A DNA stretch of 64,000 nt from a bacterium (GTDB taxonomy: Bacteria > Acidobacteriota > Blastocatellia > HR10). Each line of letters opens with the position of its first letter. Position 1 is the first letter of the stretch. Location: NCBI GenBank assembly GCA_041640655.1, contig JBEPZV010000002.1, forward strand, positions 146,909 through 210,908, written 5' to 3'. Made by a program: the position numbers and the translations under genes. Below the pieces are notes generated by a model. The model searched no databases, was not told the DNA's origin, and saw only the letters and a program-made list of their open reading frames with translations. Of the stretch, positions 1-9,080 are shown in pieces.

Positions 1-1
1 G

Positions 2-1039
2 AAAAGGAGGCCTGTCCTTAAATCGCCCCTCGGACTCCTCGACGAGTCCTTCAAACAGATTCGGAAAAGAATCTCCGCCTTCGTTCTCGGCGTCACCTGC
101 GCTTTTCGGCTTCGCTTTCTTTCCCTTGTCTTGGATTGGAAATTCCTCTTGTGGCACGACCTTATCCTTCGTGCGCTCGCGCCATTCCCAGAGGAAGTGG
201 ACGAAGGAACCTTCGATCTCCGCCGCATCAGGCTCCAGCTCGGGCACAAGATAAGTAGGTGTGCCGGCAACTTGCGTGCGCAGGTTCTCTTCAAGGTAGC
301 TCTCAGCTACATAGAGCCATTTCGCGCATTCCTCACAAACGGGAGCGTATTTCCAAAGGTTCACTTCGCGGCCCATCGGACTGAAGCCGAGCTTTTCTAC
401 AGTGAAGAAGCGGAAGGGAATAGTTGAGCATACCTCGCCCTTCTTGCCACAGACAGCACAACGACCCTTACCTTTAGCTTGAGCCCTGCGCTCACCGAAG
501 ATTTTTCTCTTAATGAACCTCTCACAGAGTTTTTCTTGATCCCCTGGCATTTTTCCATTCCACATAACGCTCAGCAAGACGGAAGTTTCATCCCTCGTCG
601 CCTCATCGAGCTTCTCTGATAAACCACTCTCGCTCCATTCTTTCAACTTCTGAGCGATATCATTGGGTAGCGAGGCGCTTATTTCTCTGAGTCCCGTTTG
701 AATGATTTCCTGGCGGGTTTTCTTTGGTTTCGCACTGCTGCGCCCCTTGGAGCTTCGGTCTTCACGGAAGACCAAGAGCCATGATGGGCCTATGGCGTGC
801 TTGCCCGTGGACAAAGCATAGAGATACTTATACCGCTCATCGTCCTTGTAATCTTCGAGGCGCACCTCTTGATTTGTTACATCAACCACGGCCACCTTGG
901 GGATGATTTTATCTTTGCCTTTTGTTCTGATGGCGCTCTCGCACAGGCGATGAAGGATAACTTGTTCCAGAGTCCAGCCGCGCTTTTTGCTTTCATAGCG
1001 GGCCATCTCTCGGGCGACTTGAACCAGTGTTGCGATCAT
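2..1039 (-). CDS. cas8b: CRISPR-associated large subunit Cas8b (TM1802/Csh1 family, type I-B), 5' part; runs off the left window edge
   Basis: Hand-translated from ATG at 1039, open to the window edge: MIATLVQVAREMARYE...GKGRCAVCGKKGEVCSTIPFRFFTVEKLGFSPMGREVNLWKYAPVCEECAKWL. The CxxC..FxFFTx(D/E)KxGF..CxxC pattern is typical of TM1802-family Cas8b. Starts 3 nt after the cas6 stop. Missing from the ORF track because no stop lies in the window. Confidence 0.8.
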   Translation of the reverse strand, partial: MIATLVQVAREMARYESKKRGWTLEQVILHRLCESAIRTKGKDKIIPKVAVVDVTNQEVRLEDYKDDERYKYLYALSTGKHAIGPSWLLVFREDRSSKGRSSAKPKKTRQEIIQTGLREISASLPNDIAQKLKEWSESGLSEKLDEATRDETSVLLSVMWNGKMPGDQEKLCERFIKRKIFGERRAQAKGKGRCAVCGKKGEVCSTIPFRFFTVEKLGFSPMGREVNLWKYAPVCEECAKWLYVAESYLEENLRTQVAGTPTYLVPELEPDAAEIEGSFVHFLWEWRERTKDKVVPQEEFPIQDKGKKAKPKSAGDAENEGGDSFPNLFEGLVEESEGRFKDRPPF

Positions 1040-1042
1040 GGC

Positions 1043-1777
1043 TTACCCTCCGGGCTCTATCATACCAAAGCCCTGGCTATTTTTAATTCCAAGCCCAACG
1101 TCGTAAGCGAAGCGGATCAGTCCTTCATCCCCCCACATCTGAAGGTTCAGGTACCATGCTCGCACGGCCGTATCAAAGACGCGAACCAGTTTTTGCTTGG
1201 GATTCCAAACACGAATACTGAGCTCCCCTCCGTGCCATTCCCGCCCATGAAAAGCTTGCCACTTGTTGATGAGATTACGCTGAAGCGCTTCGACGAACTC
1301 AGGCTGATCGGGACGGAGGTAAATAGGATGTCGCGAGCAATTCGGATCTCCTATCGAAGCGGCGATAGGAGAAGCTGTCCGAAAAACCAAGCCACTTCCA
1401 AGTTCGGGGGGTTCGATGCGAACTATGTCCACAACCTCGATAAGAGTGCCAAAGATATGGAGCTTTCCTGCTTGCCGCTCTATGCCTTTTATGAAGGTAT
1501 CCGTGAATTGCTGGTCTGGACTACTGATCTGCCACGTCATCCACTGAACATCAGTCAGACCGTGCGAGGACAGACTCCAGCGCGTGGGGGTTAAATCTGA
1601 GTAGACAAAGAGACGGTATATGCGATTCTTCCAGGAAAAACCCTGATCATGGAGCTTGGTGCCGTAATCTGAATCGGCGGTATTCAAGGTCATGTAAACC
1701 ACCTTAGTCAGGGCAGCGCGGTAATCCCAAGGGATAGTGATAGGTTTATGAGCTTCAAGTAACAATCGCAATCTCAT
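1043..1777 (-). CDS. cas6: CRISPR-associated endoribonuclease Cas6 (copy 1, AT-richer)
   Basis: RAMP-type protein with LHDQG and the C-terminal Gly-rich loop YDVGLGIKNSQGFGMI. ATG at 1777 preceded by GGTGAGG. Confidence 0.95.
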   Translation of the reverse strand: MRLRLLLEAHKPITIPWDYRAALTKVVYMTLNTADSDYGTKLHDQGFSWKNRIYRLFVYSDLTPTRWSLSSHGLTDVQWMTWQISSPDQQFTDTFIKGIERQAGKLHIFGTLIEVVDIVRIEPPELGSGLVFRTASPIAASIGDPNCSRHPIYLRPDQPEFVEALQRNLINKWQAFHGREWHGGELSIRVWNPKQKLVRVFDTAVRAWYLNLQMWGDEGLIRFAYDVGLGIKNSQGFGMIEPGG

Positions 1778-1801
1778 CCCGATCACCTCACCACTTGTAC
1801 T

Positions 1802-2032
1802 TTAGTCCTCCTTACTACATTTTCTGCGGGAGCCGGCTTCTGGAGTTACGCATCTTATGCCCACCTTAAACGGTTCCAGCAAGACCGCCCGTCTTGTGTC
1901 CACCCAGAAGTTGCTGGTGGGGCGGTTGGGGTGGAGTTGAATTACAGGTGATGGCGATGTGACCAGGCTCGGTCTGGGTTCGACTGGCCCGAGCCACCAG
2001 TGGAGTCGGATTACGGGTGATGGCGATCTCAC
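1802..2032 (-). CDS. Putative 76-aa small protein with an internal 11-aa repeat (VRSPSPVIRLH / VTSPSPVIQLH); may instead be non-coding
   Basis: GAGGAGG (2045-2039) lies 6 nt before GTG at 2032; open frame to TAA at 1802; no recognisable family. Confidence 0.35.
   Translation of the reverse strand: MRSPSPVIRLHWWLGPVEPRPSLVTSPSPVIQLHPNRPTSNFWVDTRRAVLLEPFKVGIRCVTPEAGSRRKCSKED
1931..2032. repeat. Two 33-bp imperfect direct repeats separated by 36 bp (mini-CRISPR-like geometry)
   Basis: 1931-1963 GTGGAGTTGAATTACAGGTGATGGCGATGTGAC and 2000-2032 GTGGAGTCGGATTACGGGTGATGGCGATCTCAC, 28/33 identical; intervening sequence 1964-1999. Confidence 0.8.
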
Positions 2033-2059
2033 TTTTGTCCTCCTCGTTCGTGTGCTGAT

Positions 2060-2089
2060 ATTTTCCCCACGCATGCGTCTCGGTGTCAA
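2060..2089 (-). promoter_or_regulatory. Putative sigma-70 promoter upstream of the repeat element and cas6-cas8b
   Basis: TTGACA (2089-2084) - 18 nt - GAAAAT (2065-2060). Confidence 0.5.
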
Positions 2090-2740
2090 GCGGTTTCTTC
2101 ACCGAACTCGCCTGCGCCCGCACGTCGTCTCGGCACGGAGCTCCGAGCGGCGCCTTCGTCACCCCCTCATCCCTATCCTCGCTCTGGATCGGGGGAGGGG
2201 CCTGAATCTCCAGGTGCTCCCCGTCACGAACCTTTCCACGAATCGCAGAGTGATCGTCGCTCGACCCGAAGGGCTCTTTGCGCACGCAAGACAATATGCC
2301 GTCATGTCGTCTGCCCTCACCCGTTCAGATGAAGGAGCATGCTCAACGCATCGCCTCCTCTGCTCTCTCGGCGCCACTCCCGGTGTTCCGGAGGTACGCG
2401 GTCGCACTACGGCGCATCCGGTGATGAGGGCGCGGCGGTGAGCGCCGGTTGAACTCATCGCTCCGCGCGAGAGATTCTCGGCAGCGGCCGTGTCCGCCAG
2501 GCGAAGGCGTTGTGCCAGGGAGAGTGCGCTCATGCGCCGGAATGCTGCGTGAGCAGAAGTACAGAGAGGAGTCCGAGCGCTTCGGCCGCTGCCCAGCGGC
2601 CGAGGGCCATGATGAATCGTTGGACGAAGGTGCAAGGATGCCCTCGCGCGAGAGCGATCAATGGATGGGGACGCGTGCTCTCTGCCCATTTCGGGTCCTC
2701 CCTTGACCAGAAGCGGCGCGCGCCGCATGTCCGCCTCCGC

Positions 2741-3508
2741 TCATGCCCTTTGCCGCAAAGAGGTCGGGTGCTCGTGCGGCAGGCACACCATGCCGAAGCC
2801 CTGCGCGTTGCGCTCGCCGAATCCGGCGTCATATCCGAGTCGGATGAGGTCGAGCGATCCACTCACGCGAAACGACATCAGCCATCCGCGCACATCGGTC
2901 TCGTTCACCCGCATCAGTTTCGATCTCGGCTCGCTCAGCCACTCGAACTGAAGCTCGCCCTCGGGCGCCTCGCCGTAGATCGCCAGAGCCTTCCGCTTCA
3001 AGTTCTCGACGAGCACGCGCGCGAAGTCGGGCTCCGCGGGCGAGAGGAATCGTTTGCGAAACCTCCCTTCAGCGTCACGGGAGCCCGTGGAGGCGAAGAT
3101 GGGCGACAGGGTCACGAGCGTCATCGTCTCGGCGAACGTCGGGGGCAGAAGGACGCCGATCTGTCCCACGTGGAGCACACTGGCGCCGAGCCGGATTTCC
3201 GGTCGCATGAGCAAGCCAAGCGCCAGGGCTTCGATGAGTGACTCCAACGGCGAGGAGACCCACCACCGGAGGCGACCGCGCGCGCGCAACCCTCCGGGAG
3301 TTCGCTCATACTGTTCCGGGTACAAGAGCGAGAAGGTCGCGAGCTTATAACGTTTGCCGCCGCCGGAGAACCCCTCGTCGTGCACGTCCCGCGCCAACTT
3401 CGGCCGGCCTTGTTCCATCGCCCGGTAGAAGATCCCGCGCAGCCAATCGAGATAATCCCACGGCAGGAAGATCTCGTCCGGGGCGAAGAATTCAACGCTG
3501 ATTCGCAT
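2741..3508 (-). CDS. cas6: CRISPR-associated endoribonuclease Cas6 (copy 2, host-like GC)
   Basis: VHDEG, YKLATFS and the C-terminal loop YDAGFGERNAQGFGMV; colinear with the other Cas6. Confidence 0.95.
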   Translation of the reverse strand: MRISVEFFAPDEIFLPWDYLDWLRGIFYRAMEQGRPKLARDVHDEGFSGGGKRYKLATFSLLYPEQYERTPGGLRARGRLRWWVSSPLESLIEALALGLLMRPEIRLGASVLHVGQIGVLLPPTFAETMTLVTLSPIFASTGSRDAEGRFRKRFLSPAEPDFARVLVENLKRKALAIYGEAPEGELQFEWLSEPRSKLMRVNETDVRGWLMSFRVSGSLDLIRLGYDAGFGERNAQGFGMVCLPHEHPTSLRQRA

Positions 3509-3631
3509 GGCGTGCTCTCCCGCGGAAGATCTCCTGGCCGGAGCGCATGGACCTCATATCGCCCTCGCCCTTCACTCCTGCTCCTCGCGCGACGCCGACG
3601 GAAGGTCCCCCATCCGGCGCGATCCGCGGGC

Positions 3632-3660
3632 AGGATAGCACACGAGGCCCCGCGCTTCAA
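3632..3660 (-). promoter_or_regulatory. Putative promoter for cas6 copy 2
   Basis: TTGAAG - 17 nt - TATCCT with extended -10 (TGcTATCCT). Confidence 0.5.
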
Positions 3661-3772
3661 AGAGAGCCTTCGCCTTCGATCCCTCCGGAGCGCATCCGCG
3701 AAATCGCTCAAGGGGTGACCGAGACTTCAGCCCGATTCGCACTCGTGTGACGATCAGGCGACGAACCATTCA

Positions 3773-4711
3773 TCAAAAGACGATCCCCAAGCCCGTGGTG
3801 AATGTCACTTCGTTCTTGCGCACGCCCGGCTGCGGGCGGTTGTCATACGCGTCGCTGACCCCGAATCGGATGGTGAACAACTCGCTCACCCGAAAGCGCA
3901 GCGCGCTCTCCAGACGGAATTTGAAGCGCGTGGCCTCGCGCAGATCCTGCAGGAAATGGAACTGCTGCTCCAGTTGACTCTGCGGCGAGAGCTTCTGTCG
4001 GAACTCCTGGCGGAAGACGCCGGAGAGAAATTCCCGACGCGCGCCATCGCGGAAGCTCTCGCGAGTGTAACCGCTGCCCCCGCTGATCGAGAGCGCGCGC
4101 GATTCGGAGACGAGGAGATCGGCGCCGAAGCCCACAGCGTAGATGCTTCGCAGATTCACGCGCTCGACCTCATCGAACTCGAAATCGCCGGAGGCGAAGA
4201 CGAAGAGGCGTGGCGAGAAGAACCGATCCAGGCGTCCTCCCCCAAGCCATTCGTTCCCGGCGAGGGAGCGATCCTTGAGCGCGCGGAAATACCGAGAACG
4301 CAGTCGGAGGCGCCAGGGCTCGCGCTGCCGTTCGGCGCGCACGTCCAGGACGAGGCTATCCGAATCGGTCGTGCCGCGATGTCCGGCGTAGCTCACATCG
4401 AAGGCCCCGCGCCAGGATCGCTCATCCGATCTCGCTGTCGCGGGCGAGGAATCAGGGGGCGAAGCCTGCTTCTCTGTGGGGAGCCGGGCTCCCATCGCCG
4501 CGATACTGTTCGGCCCCAAGCTCAACCGAAGGACGTCACTCGGAGCGACTTCGCGCATCGTCCCGTCCGCTGTGCGAAAGACGATCTGCTCTCGACTCCA
4601 CGAGACGAGTGTTCCCACGAACCGCGTGCCATCGGACAGTATGATCTCGTCCGTCGCAGCGACTTCCTGTGAGGCGAAGATGAGCATAAGACACAAAACG
4701 CCGATCCCCAT
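3773..4711 (-). CDS. DUF481/YdiY-family outer-membrane beta-barrel protein
   Basis: Signal peptide, alternating beta-strand pattern, YDNRP motif near the C-terminus, terminal Phe. Confidence 0.75.
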   Translation of the reverse strand: MGIGVLCLMLIFASQEVAATDEIILSDGTRFVGTLVSWSREQIVFRTADGTMREVAPSDVLRLSLGPNSIAAMGARLPTEKQASPPDSSPATARSDERSWRGAFDVSYAGHRGTTDSDSLVLDVRAERQREPWRLRLRSRYFRALKDRSLAGNEWLGGGRLDRFFSPRLFVFASGDFEFDEVERVNLRSIYAVGFGADLLVSESRALSISGGSGYTRESFRDGARREFLSGVFRQEFRQKLSPQSQLEQQFHFLQDLREATRFKFRLESALRFRVSELFTIRFGVSDAYDNRPQPGVRKNEVTFTTGLGIVF

Positions 4712-4815
4712 GCTGCCACCGCCTCCTCGCGCGAGAGATTCGAGAACCCGTTGTGATTATGGAGGCGCGTCGAATGGAGGGCAAGCGGAGACGACGTCAC
4801 ACACCGCTTGTCCGC

Positions 4816-5700
4816 TCACATTCTCCTCGCTGCTGCCAGCAGGACGTCACTCAGGCGCAGTGTGAGCGTTCGCTCTTCCCACCCCAAGCGGGCGAGGCCG
4901 CGCATGAAGAACCGTCCTAAGGGAGCGTGCCATCGTCGGAGGCGATCGGCCAGGAGCCTCAGGCTCACGGTGCGCCGCGGATGCGTGAGCGCGAGCACGC
5001 GAAATCCGTTCTCCTCCAAGAGTCGGGTCAAGGTCGCGGGCGAGAAGAAATAGTAGTGATCGGGGATGAATTGCCGCCAGCGCCGGCCGAAGAGGCGGAA
5101 CCAGACCGAAGCGATGTTCGGCGTTTCAAGGACGACGACGCCTCCGGGTCGGAGCACGCGATGGATCTCCTGAAGCGCGCGTCGCGGCGAATCCAGATGC
5201 TCCAGGACGTGGAAGAGGACGACGACGTCGAACGACGCGGCCGGATATTGGGCGTCGGCGAGCGTGCCGGGGAAGACGTGGATCCCGGTGTGCTGCTGAG
5301 CCCGCGCGCTCGTCGTCGGATCGGGCTCAACTCCATGCGCATGGAATCCCGCGCGAGCGGCCAGGGCGAGAAACGCGCCATCGGCGCATCCGATCTCCAG
5401 CAGCCGTCCCGAGGCGACGAAGCGCCGCACCCACTGCAGGCGCTCCTGCATCACGCGCTCGCGAATCGGGGCTTCGCGCGCTTCGACCTCCTCGTCCACC
5501 AGTGCGAGCGCCCGCACGCGTTCGGCCAAGCGGCGCGAGCGCTCGGGATCGAACCGCGAGAACGTGAAATCCTCGCGACGCGCGCCCACATAGACGAGGC
5601 CGCACCGTCGGCATTGCACGAGTGGTCCGTCCAACCGCTCGCATGTCATCAGGAATCGCGCGTCGGTTCCGCCGCAGAGATCGCAGGGCAGATAGGTCAT
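4816..5700 (-). CDS. Class I SAM-dependent methyltransferase with N-terminal CxxC...CxxC
   Basis: LLEIGCADG, FDVVVLFHVLEH and LRPGG motifs; CDLC/CRRC; start at the second ATG is assumed. Confidence 0.85.
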   Translation of the reverse strand: MTYLPCDLCGGTDARFLMTCERLDGPLVQCRRCGLVYVGARREDFTFSRFDPERSRRLAERVRALALVDEEVEAREAPIRERVMQERLQWVRRFVASGRLLEIGCADGAFLALAARAGFHAHGVEPDPTTSARAQQHTGIHVFPGTLADAQYPAASFDVVVLFHVLEHLDSPRRALQEIHRVLRPGGVVVLETPNIASVWFRLFGRRWRQFIPDHYYFFSPATLTRLLEENGFRVLALTHPRRTVSLRLLADRLRRWHAPLGRFFMRGLARLGWEERTLTLRLSDVLLAAARRM

Positions 5701-5736
5701 GCTGGGACCCCGCGCGCAAGCGGCGATCATCCGCCC

Positions 5737-6702
5737 TCACGCGAGCGCGCGCTCGGAGACCGGCACGGCGCTCCCCGCGAATCCCACCAGCCGTCGTTCG
5801 CGGATGAAGAGGTCCAGACGTCCGAGGACGATGCCGCCGAATCCAACTTGAAAGATGAGCGTCGCGCCCCCGCTCGGACGGCGGATGAGTTCCGGTTCCT
5901 TCATGAACGTATGCGTATGTCCGCCGATGATGACATCAATGCCCTCGACGGCGTGCGCCAGCTCGCGATCACCGATCGGAGGTGGGGTCACCTTCATCCG
6001 CTCGGATTCGTCGTAGAGTCCCAAGTGCGAGAGGCAGACGACAAGCAACGCGTCCTCTCGCTCTCGCAAGGTTCGGACCATCGCGCGCGCCGTCGCGATG
6101 GGATCGCGATAGCGTACCCCCGCACGATAGCGCTCGGGGACCAATCCCTCCAGCGCGATCCCGAGCCCGAAGATGCCGATGCGGATGCCGGCCAGCTCCC
6201 GCACGACGTAGGGCTTGATGCGATCCCGAAGCAACGTCTCCTGGAAATCGTAGTTCGCCGAGACGACGTCGAACGTGGCGAAGTTGAGGGCGCGCGCGAG
6301 CGCCTCCAATCCGCTGTCGAACTCGTGATTCCCCAAGGTCACGACATCGTAGCCGATGGCCGACATTACCCGATAATCGGCCTCGCCGCGATACACGTTG
6401 TAGTAGGGCGTCCCCTGAAAGGCATCGCCCGCGTCCAGAAGCAGCGTGTTCGGATTCTCCCGGCGAAGGCGCTTGACGAGCGCAGCGCGTCGCGCGGCTC
6501 CGCCCAATCCCGCGTATCGCGGATCATCGTCGGGGAACGGCTCCAGCCGCGAATGCACGTCATTCGTATGCAGGAGCGTGATCCGCGTCTCCGCTTCGCC
6601 GGCGGCGAGGCCACGCACAAGCTCCGGGGCGCTGGCGCCCAGGAGCACGGCTGCCCCGGCTCGAAGACCACTCGTGAGAAAGCCTCGGCGTGAGAGATTC
6701 AT
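5737..6702 (-). CDS. Tat-exported 5'-nucleotidase-type metallophosphoesterase (N-terminal domain only)
   Basis: SRRGFL twin-arginine signal; HTNDVH, DAGD, GNHEFD, SHLG and GGHTH motifs. Confidence 0.85.
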   Translation of the reverse strand: MNLSRRGFLTSGLRAGAAVLLGASAPELVRGLAAGEAETRITLLHTNDVHSRLEPFPDDDPRYAGLGGAARRAALVKRLRRENPNTLLLDAGDAFQGTPYYNVYRGEADYRVMSAIGYDVVTLGNHEFDSGLEALARALNFATFDVVSANYDFQETLLRDRIKPYVVRELAGIRIGIFGLGIALEGLVPERYRAGVRYRDPIATARAMVRTLREREDALLVVCLSHLGLYDESERMKVTPPPIGDRELAHAVEGIDVIIGGHTHTFMKEPELIRRPSGGATLIFQVGFGGIVLGRLDLFIRERRLVGFAGSAVPVSERALA

Positions 6703-7994
6703 ACGTCCCCCTCGCGCTCCGCCACCAAGGCGCGGATGGCGTCATTCACAGCCTCCGGGAAGCAGAGCCGATCAATATGGAATCGGCGCAACCGGCGGAT
6801 GGCCGGAGAGACTTCGGTGATCTCGCGCAGCGTGCGGCTTCCTCCGTCCACCTCGACGTAGATGCGACTCTCCGGACCCGATGTCTCCGGAGAATAGGGG
6901 CCGAGATAGGGGATGTCGCTCGCGCGATCTTCGATCAGGTAATAGCGCGGGTCGAAACCCGCCGCTTCGACGATCTGGCGCGCGCGCTCGATGAGTTGGC
7001 GCCGGCGCTCGGCATTGACCTGCAGGTCCACGGCTTTGAAGAGGCGGCGATGGAGGAACCCACTGGCCAGATCGCGCAGGATCGGATCCGGGGCCTTCGT
7101 CCACCACTTGATGTGGAACATGACATCGTGATCGTCAAGGGCCAGATATTCCTCGGTCGAGAGCGGTTCGCGCCGCAATACCTTCACCATCACGGAATCG
7201 GGGACGACGAGTGACAACTGCCCGCTCGCCATGAGATCAATCGCGCGACGGAAGATGGAGCGGAGCATCACCTCGGCCGTCCGCAAGTTGCGATGGAAGT
7301 AGACCTGGCGGAACATGTAGTAACGCGCCTGCAGGTACTCCTCGACGGCGTAAAGCCCTTTGGCCGCGACGTAGAGGCATTCCTCATCGGGAGCGATCTC
7401 CAACGTGTGCAGGATCCACTCCAGATCGTAGAAGCCGTATTTGGCGCCGGTCATCAAGCTGTCGCGCAGGAGATAATCGAAGCGGTCCACGTCCATCTGG
7501 CTGGAGATGAGCTGCGAGATGAATCGCGGCCGATAGGCGTGCTGCAAGACGGCGACGACTCGCGTCGGGAGATCGCGATCCCTCTGGACGAGGATCCGAT
7601 GGACCGTCGTCTCCTCATCGAGAATGATGCGCGCTCCCCACGCTTCGTGCCGATACCCGAGAACGGCCTCCACGACGTGAGAGAATGGCCCGTGCCCGAT
7701 GTCGTGAAGCAGCGCGGCGCAGGTGGCCGTCAGGCGCGTCTCGCGAGCGATCGGGTACCGTCGCCCCAAATGGGCGAGGACGCGCCGCATCAGATGCATC
7801 ACGCCGAGCGAATGCGAGAAGCGGCTGTGTTCGGCTCCCTGATAGGTGAAGAGCGCCAAGCCCAATTGCTTGATCCGGCGCAGGCGCTGGAACTCGGGGG
7901 TATCAATCAACCGGATGAGCACCCGATCATCCGGGTCGGCTTCGTCAAGCGAGATGATGTTGTGCACCGGATCGCGATAGATGCGCTCGGCCAT
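6699..7994 (-). CDS. HD-domain phosphohydrolase (dNTPase-like, YwfO type)
   Basis: [45 protein letters not shown]. Confidence 0.9.
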   Translation of the reverse strand: MAERIYRDPVHNIISLDEADPDDRVLIRLIDTPEFQRLRRIKQLGLALFTYQGAEHSRFSHSLGVMHLMRRVLAHLGRRYPIARETRLTATCAALLHDIGHGPFSHVVEAVLGYRHEAWGARIILDEETTVHRILVQRDRDLPTRVVAVLQHAYRPRFISQLISSQMDVDRFDYLLRDSLMTGAKYGFYDLEWILHTLEIAPDEECLYVAAKGLYAVEEYLQARYYMFRQVYFHRNLRTAEVMLRSIFRRAIDLMASGQLSLVVPDSVMVKVLRREPLSTEEYLALDDHDVMFHIKWWTKAPDPILRDLASGFLHRRLFKAVDLQVNAERRRQLIERARQIVEAAGFDPRYYLIEDRASDIPYLGPYSPETSGPESRIYVEVDGGSRTLREITEVSPAIRRLRRFHIDRLCFPEAVNDAIRALVAEREGDV

Positions 7995-7998
7995 GACC

Positions 7999-9066
7999 TC
8001 ACCCTCTCCCGCGAGGCGCGTGGCGGCCCGATCGCGCGTCCACCTGATGCAAGCGCAGGCCGGGCTCGGCCGTCAACTCCCATCCCGAGCGTTCGCCGCG
8101 CTGCAGCTTCGGATACGCGGCCGCCGCGATCATGGCAGCGTTATCGGTCGTGAGCGGCGGGCTGGGGACATAGACGGGGAGGCTCGCCTCTCGCCCCAGG
8201 CGAAACGCTTCTTCGCGCAACCGGCTGTTGCAGGCGACCCCCCCCGTCAGAATGAGCGTGTGTGCCTCGTACTCCTCCAGGGCGCGCGACAGGCGCTGAA
8301 TGAGCGTGCGCACGACCGTGTCCTGAAAGCTCGCGAGGAGATCGAGAATGATGTTCGGCACTTCCTCCCCCTCGCGCACGGGGCGAATGCCCCGCTCGCG
8401 CACGTAGCGGGCGACGGCCGTCTTGAGCCCGCTGAAGCTGAAATCGAAATCGTTCTCACTCATCCTCGGGATCGTGAAGCGAACGGCGCGAGGATTCCCG
8501 CGCTTCGCCAACCGATCAATCACGGGGCCACCCGGATACCCGAGCCCCAGCAGTTTCGCCACCTTATCGAAGGCCTCGCCCGCGGCATCGTCGCGCGTGT
8601 GCCCGAGCAGGTGATACCGCTCCGGCTCCGGCATCCAGAAGAGGCTCGTATCGCCTCCGGAGACGACGAGCGCGAGCGCGGGGTATCGAACGGGGGGATT
8701 CTCGAAGACGACGGAGAAGATGTGCCCCTCGTGATGATTCACGCCAAGCAGCGGGCGCGAGAGCGCATACGCGACCGATTTCGCATAGCAGATGCCCACC
8801 AGCAGTGAGCCGATCAATCCCGGCCCGCGGGTCACCGCGACGGCATCAATCTCTCTGAAGGTGACGCCGGCTTCGTGGAGCGCCTCCCGGACGACGGGGA
8901 CGATGTTCCGCAGATGCTCGCGCGAGGCCAATTCGGGCACGATCCCCCCATAGGGCCGATGGATCGCATACTGCGTGGCCACGATGTTCGACCGAATGAG
9001 CCGCCCATCTTCAACGACGGCGGCCGCCGTCTCATCGCACGAGGTCTCGATTCCCAGGATCAACAT
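7999..9066 (-). CDS. tsaD: tRNA N6-threonylcarbamoyltransferase TsaD
   Basis: [33 protein letters not shown]. Confidence 0.97.
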   Translation of the reverse strand: MLILGIETSCDETAAAVVEDGRLIRSNIVATQYAIHRPYGGIVPELASREHLRNIVPVVREALHEAGVTFREIDAVAVTRGPGLIGSLLVGICYAKSVAYALSRPLLGVNHHEGHIFSVVFENPPVRYPALALVVSGGDTSLFWMPEPERYHLLGHTRDDAAGEAFDKVAKLLGLGYPGGPVIDRLAKRGNPRAVRFTIPRMSENDFDFSFSGLKTAVARYVRERGIRPVREGEEVPNIILDLLASFQDTVVRTLIQRLSRALEEYEAHTLILTGGVACNSRLREEAFRLGREASLPVYVPSPPLTTDNAAMIAAAAYPKLQRGERSGWELTAEPGLRLHQVDARSGRHAPRGRG

Positions 9067-9080
9067 CGCCGTTCTCCTGG

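Noticed and set aside
797..1594. 265-aa plus-strand ORF
   Set aside because: Antisense to cas6 and cas8b.
1782..1812. AAGGAGG followed by GTG-GTG-AGG-TGA mini-ORF as a CreT-like toxin
   Set aside because: SD-to-start spacing is about 12 nt, no downstream hairpin is evident, and the bases double as the cas6 ribosome-binding site.
1966..1995. GGGTTCGA T-loop-like motif inside the spacer hairpin, suggesting a tRNA fragment
   Set aside because: No cloverleaf, acceptor stem or anticodon arm can be built.
1..3772. A canonical multi-spacer CRISPR array next to the cas genes
   Set aside because: Only two imperfect repeat copies were found; no third unit at the 69-nt period, so it is not called as a CRISPR array.
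4927..6693. 588-aa plus-strand ORF and similar long opposite-strand ORFs (e.g. 20231-21913, 44695-46581, 9138-10565)
   Set aside because: They overlap well-supported genes on the other strand and contain no domain motifs.
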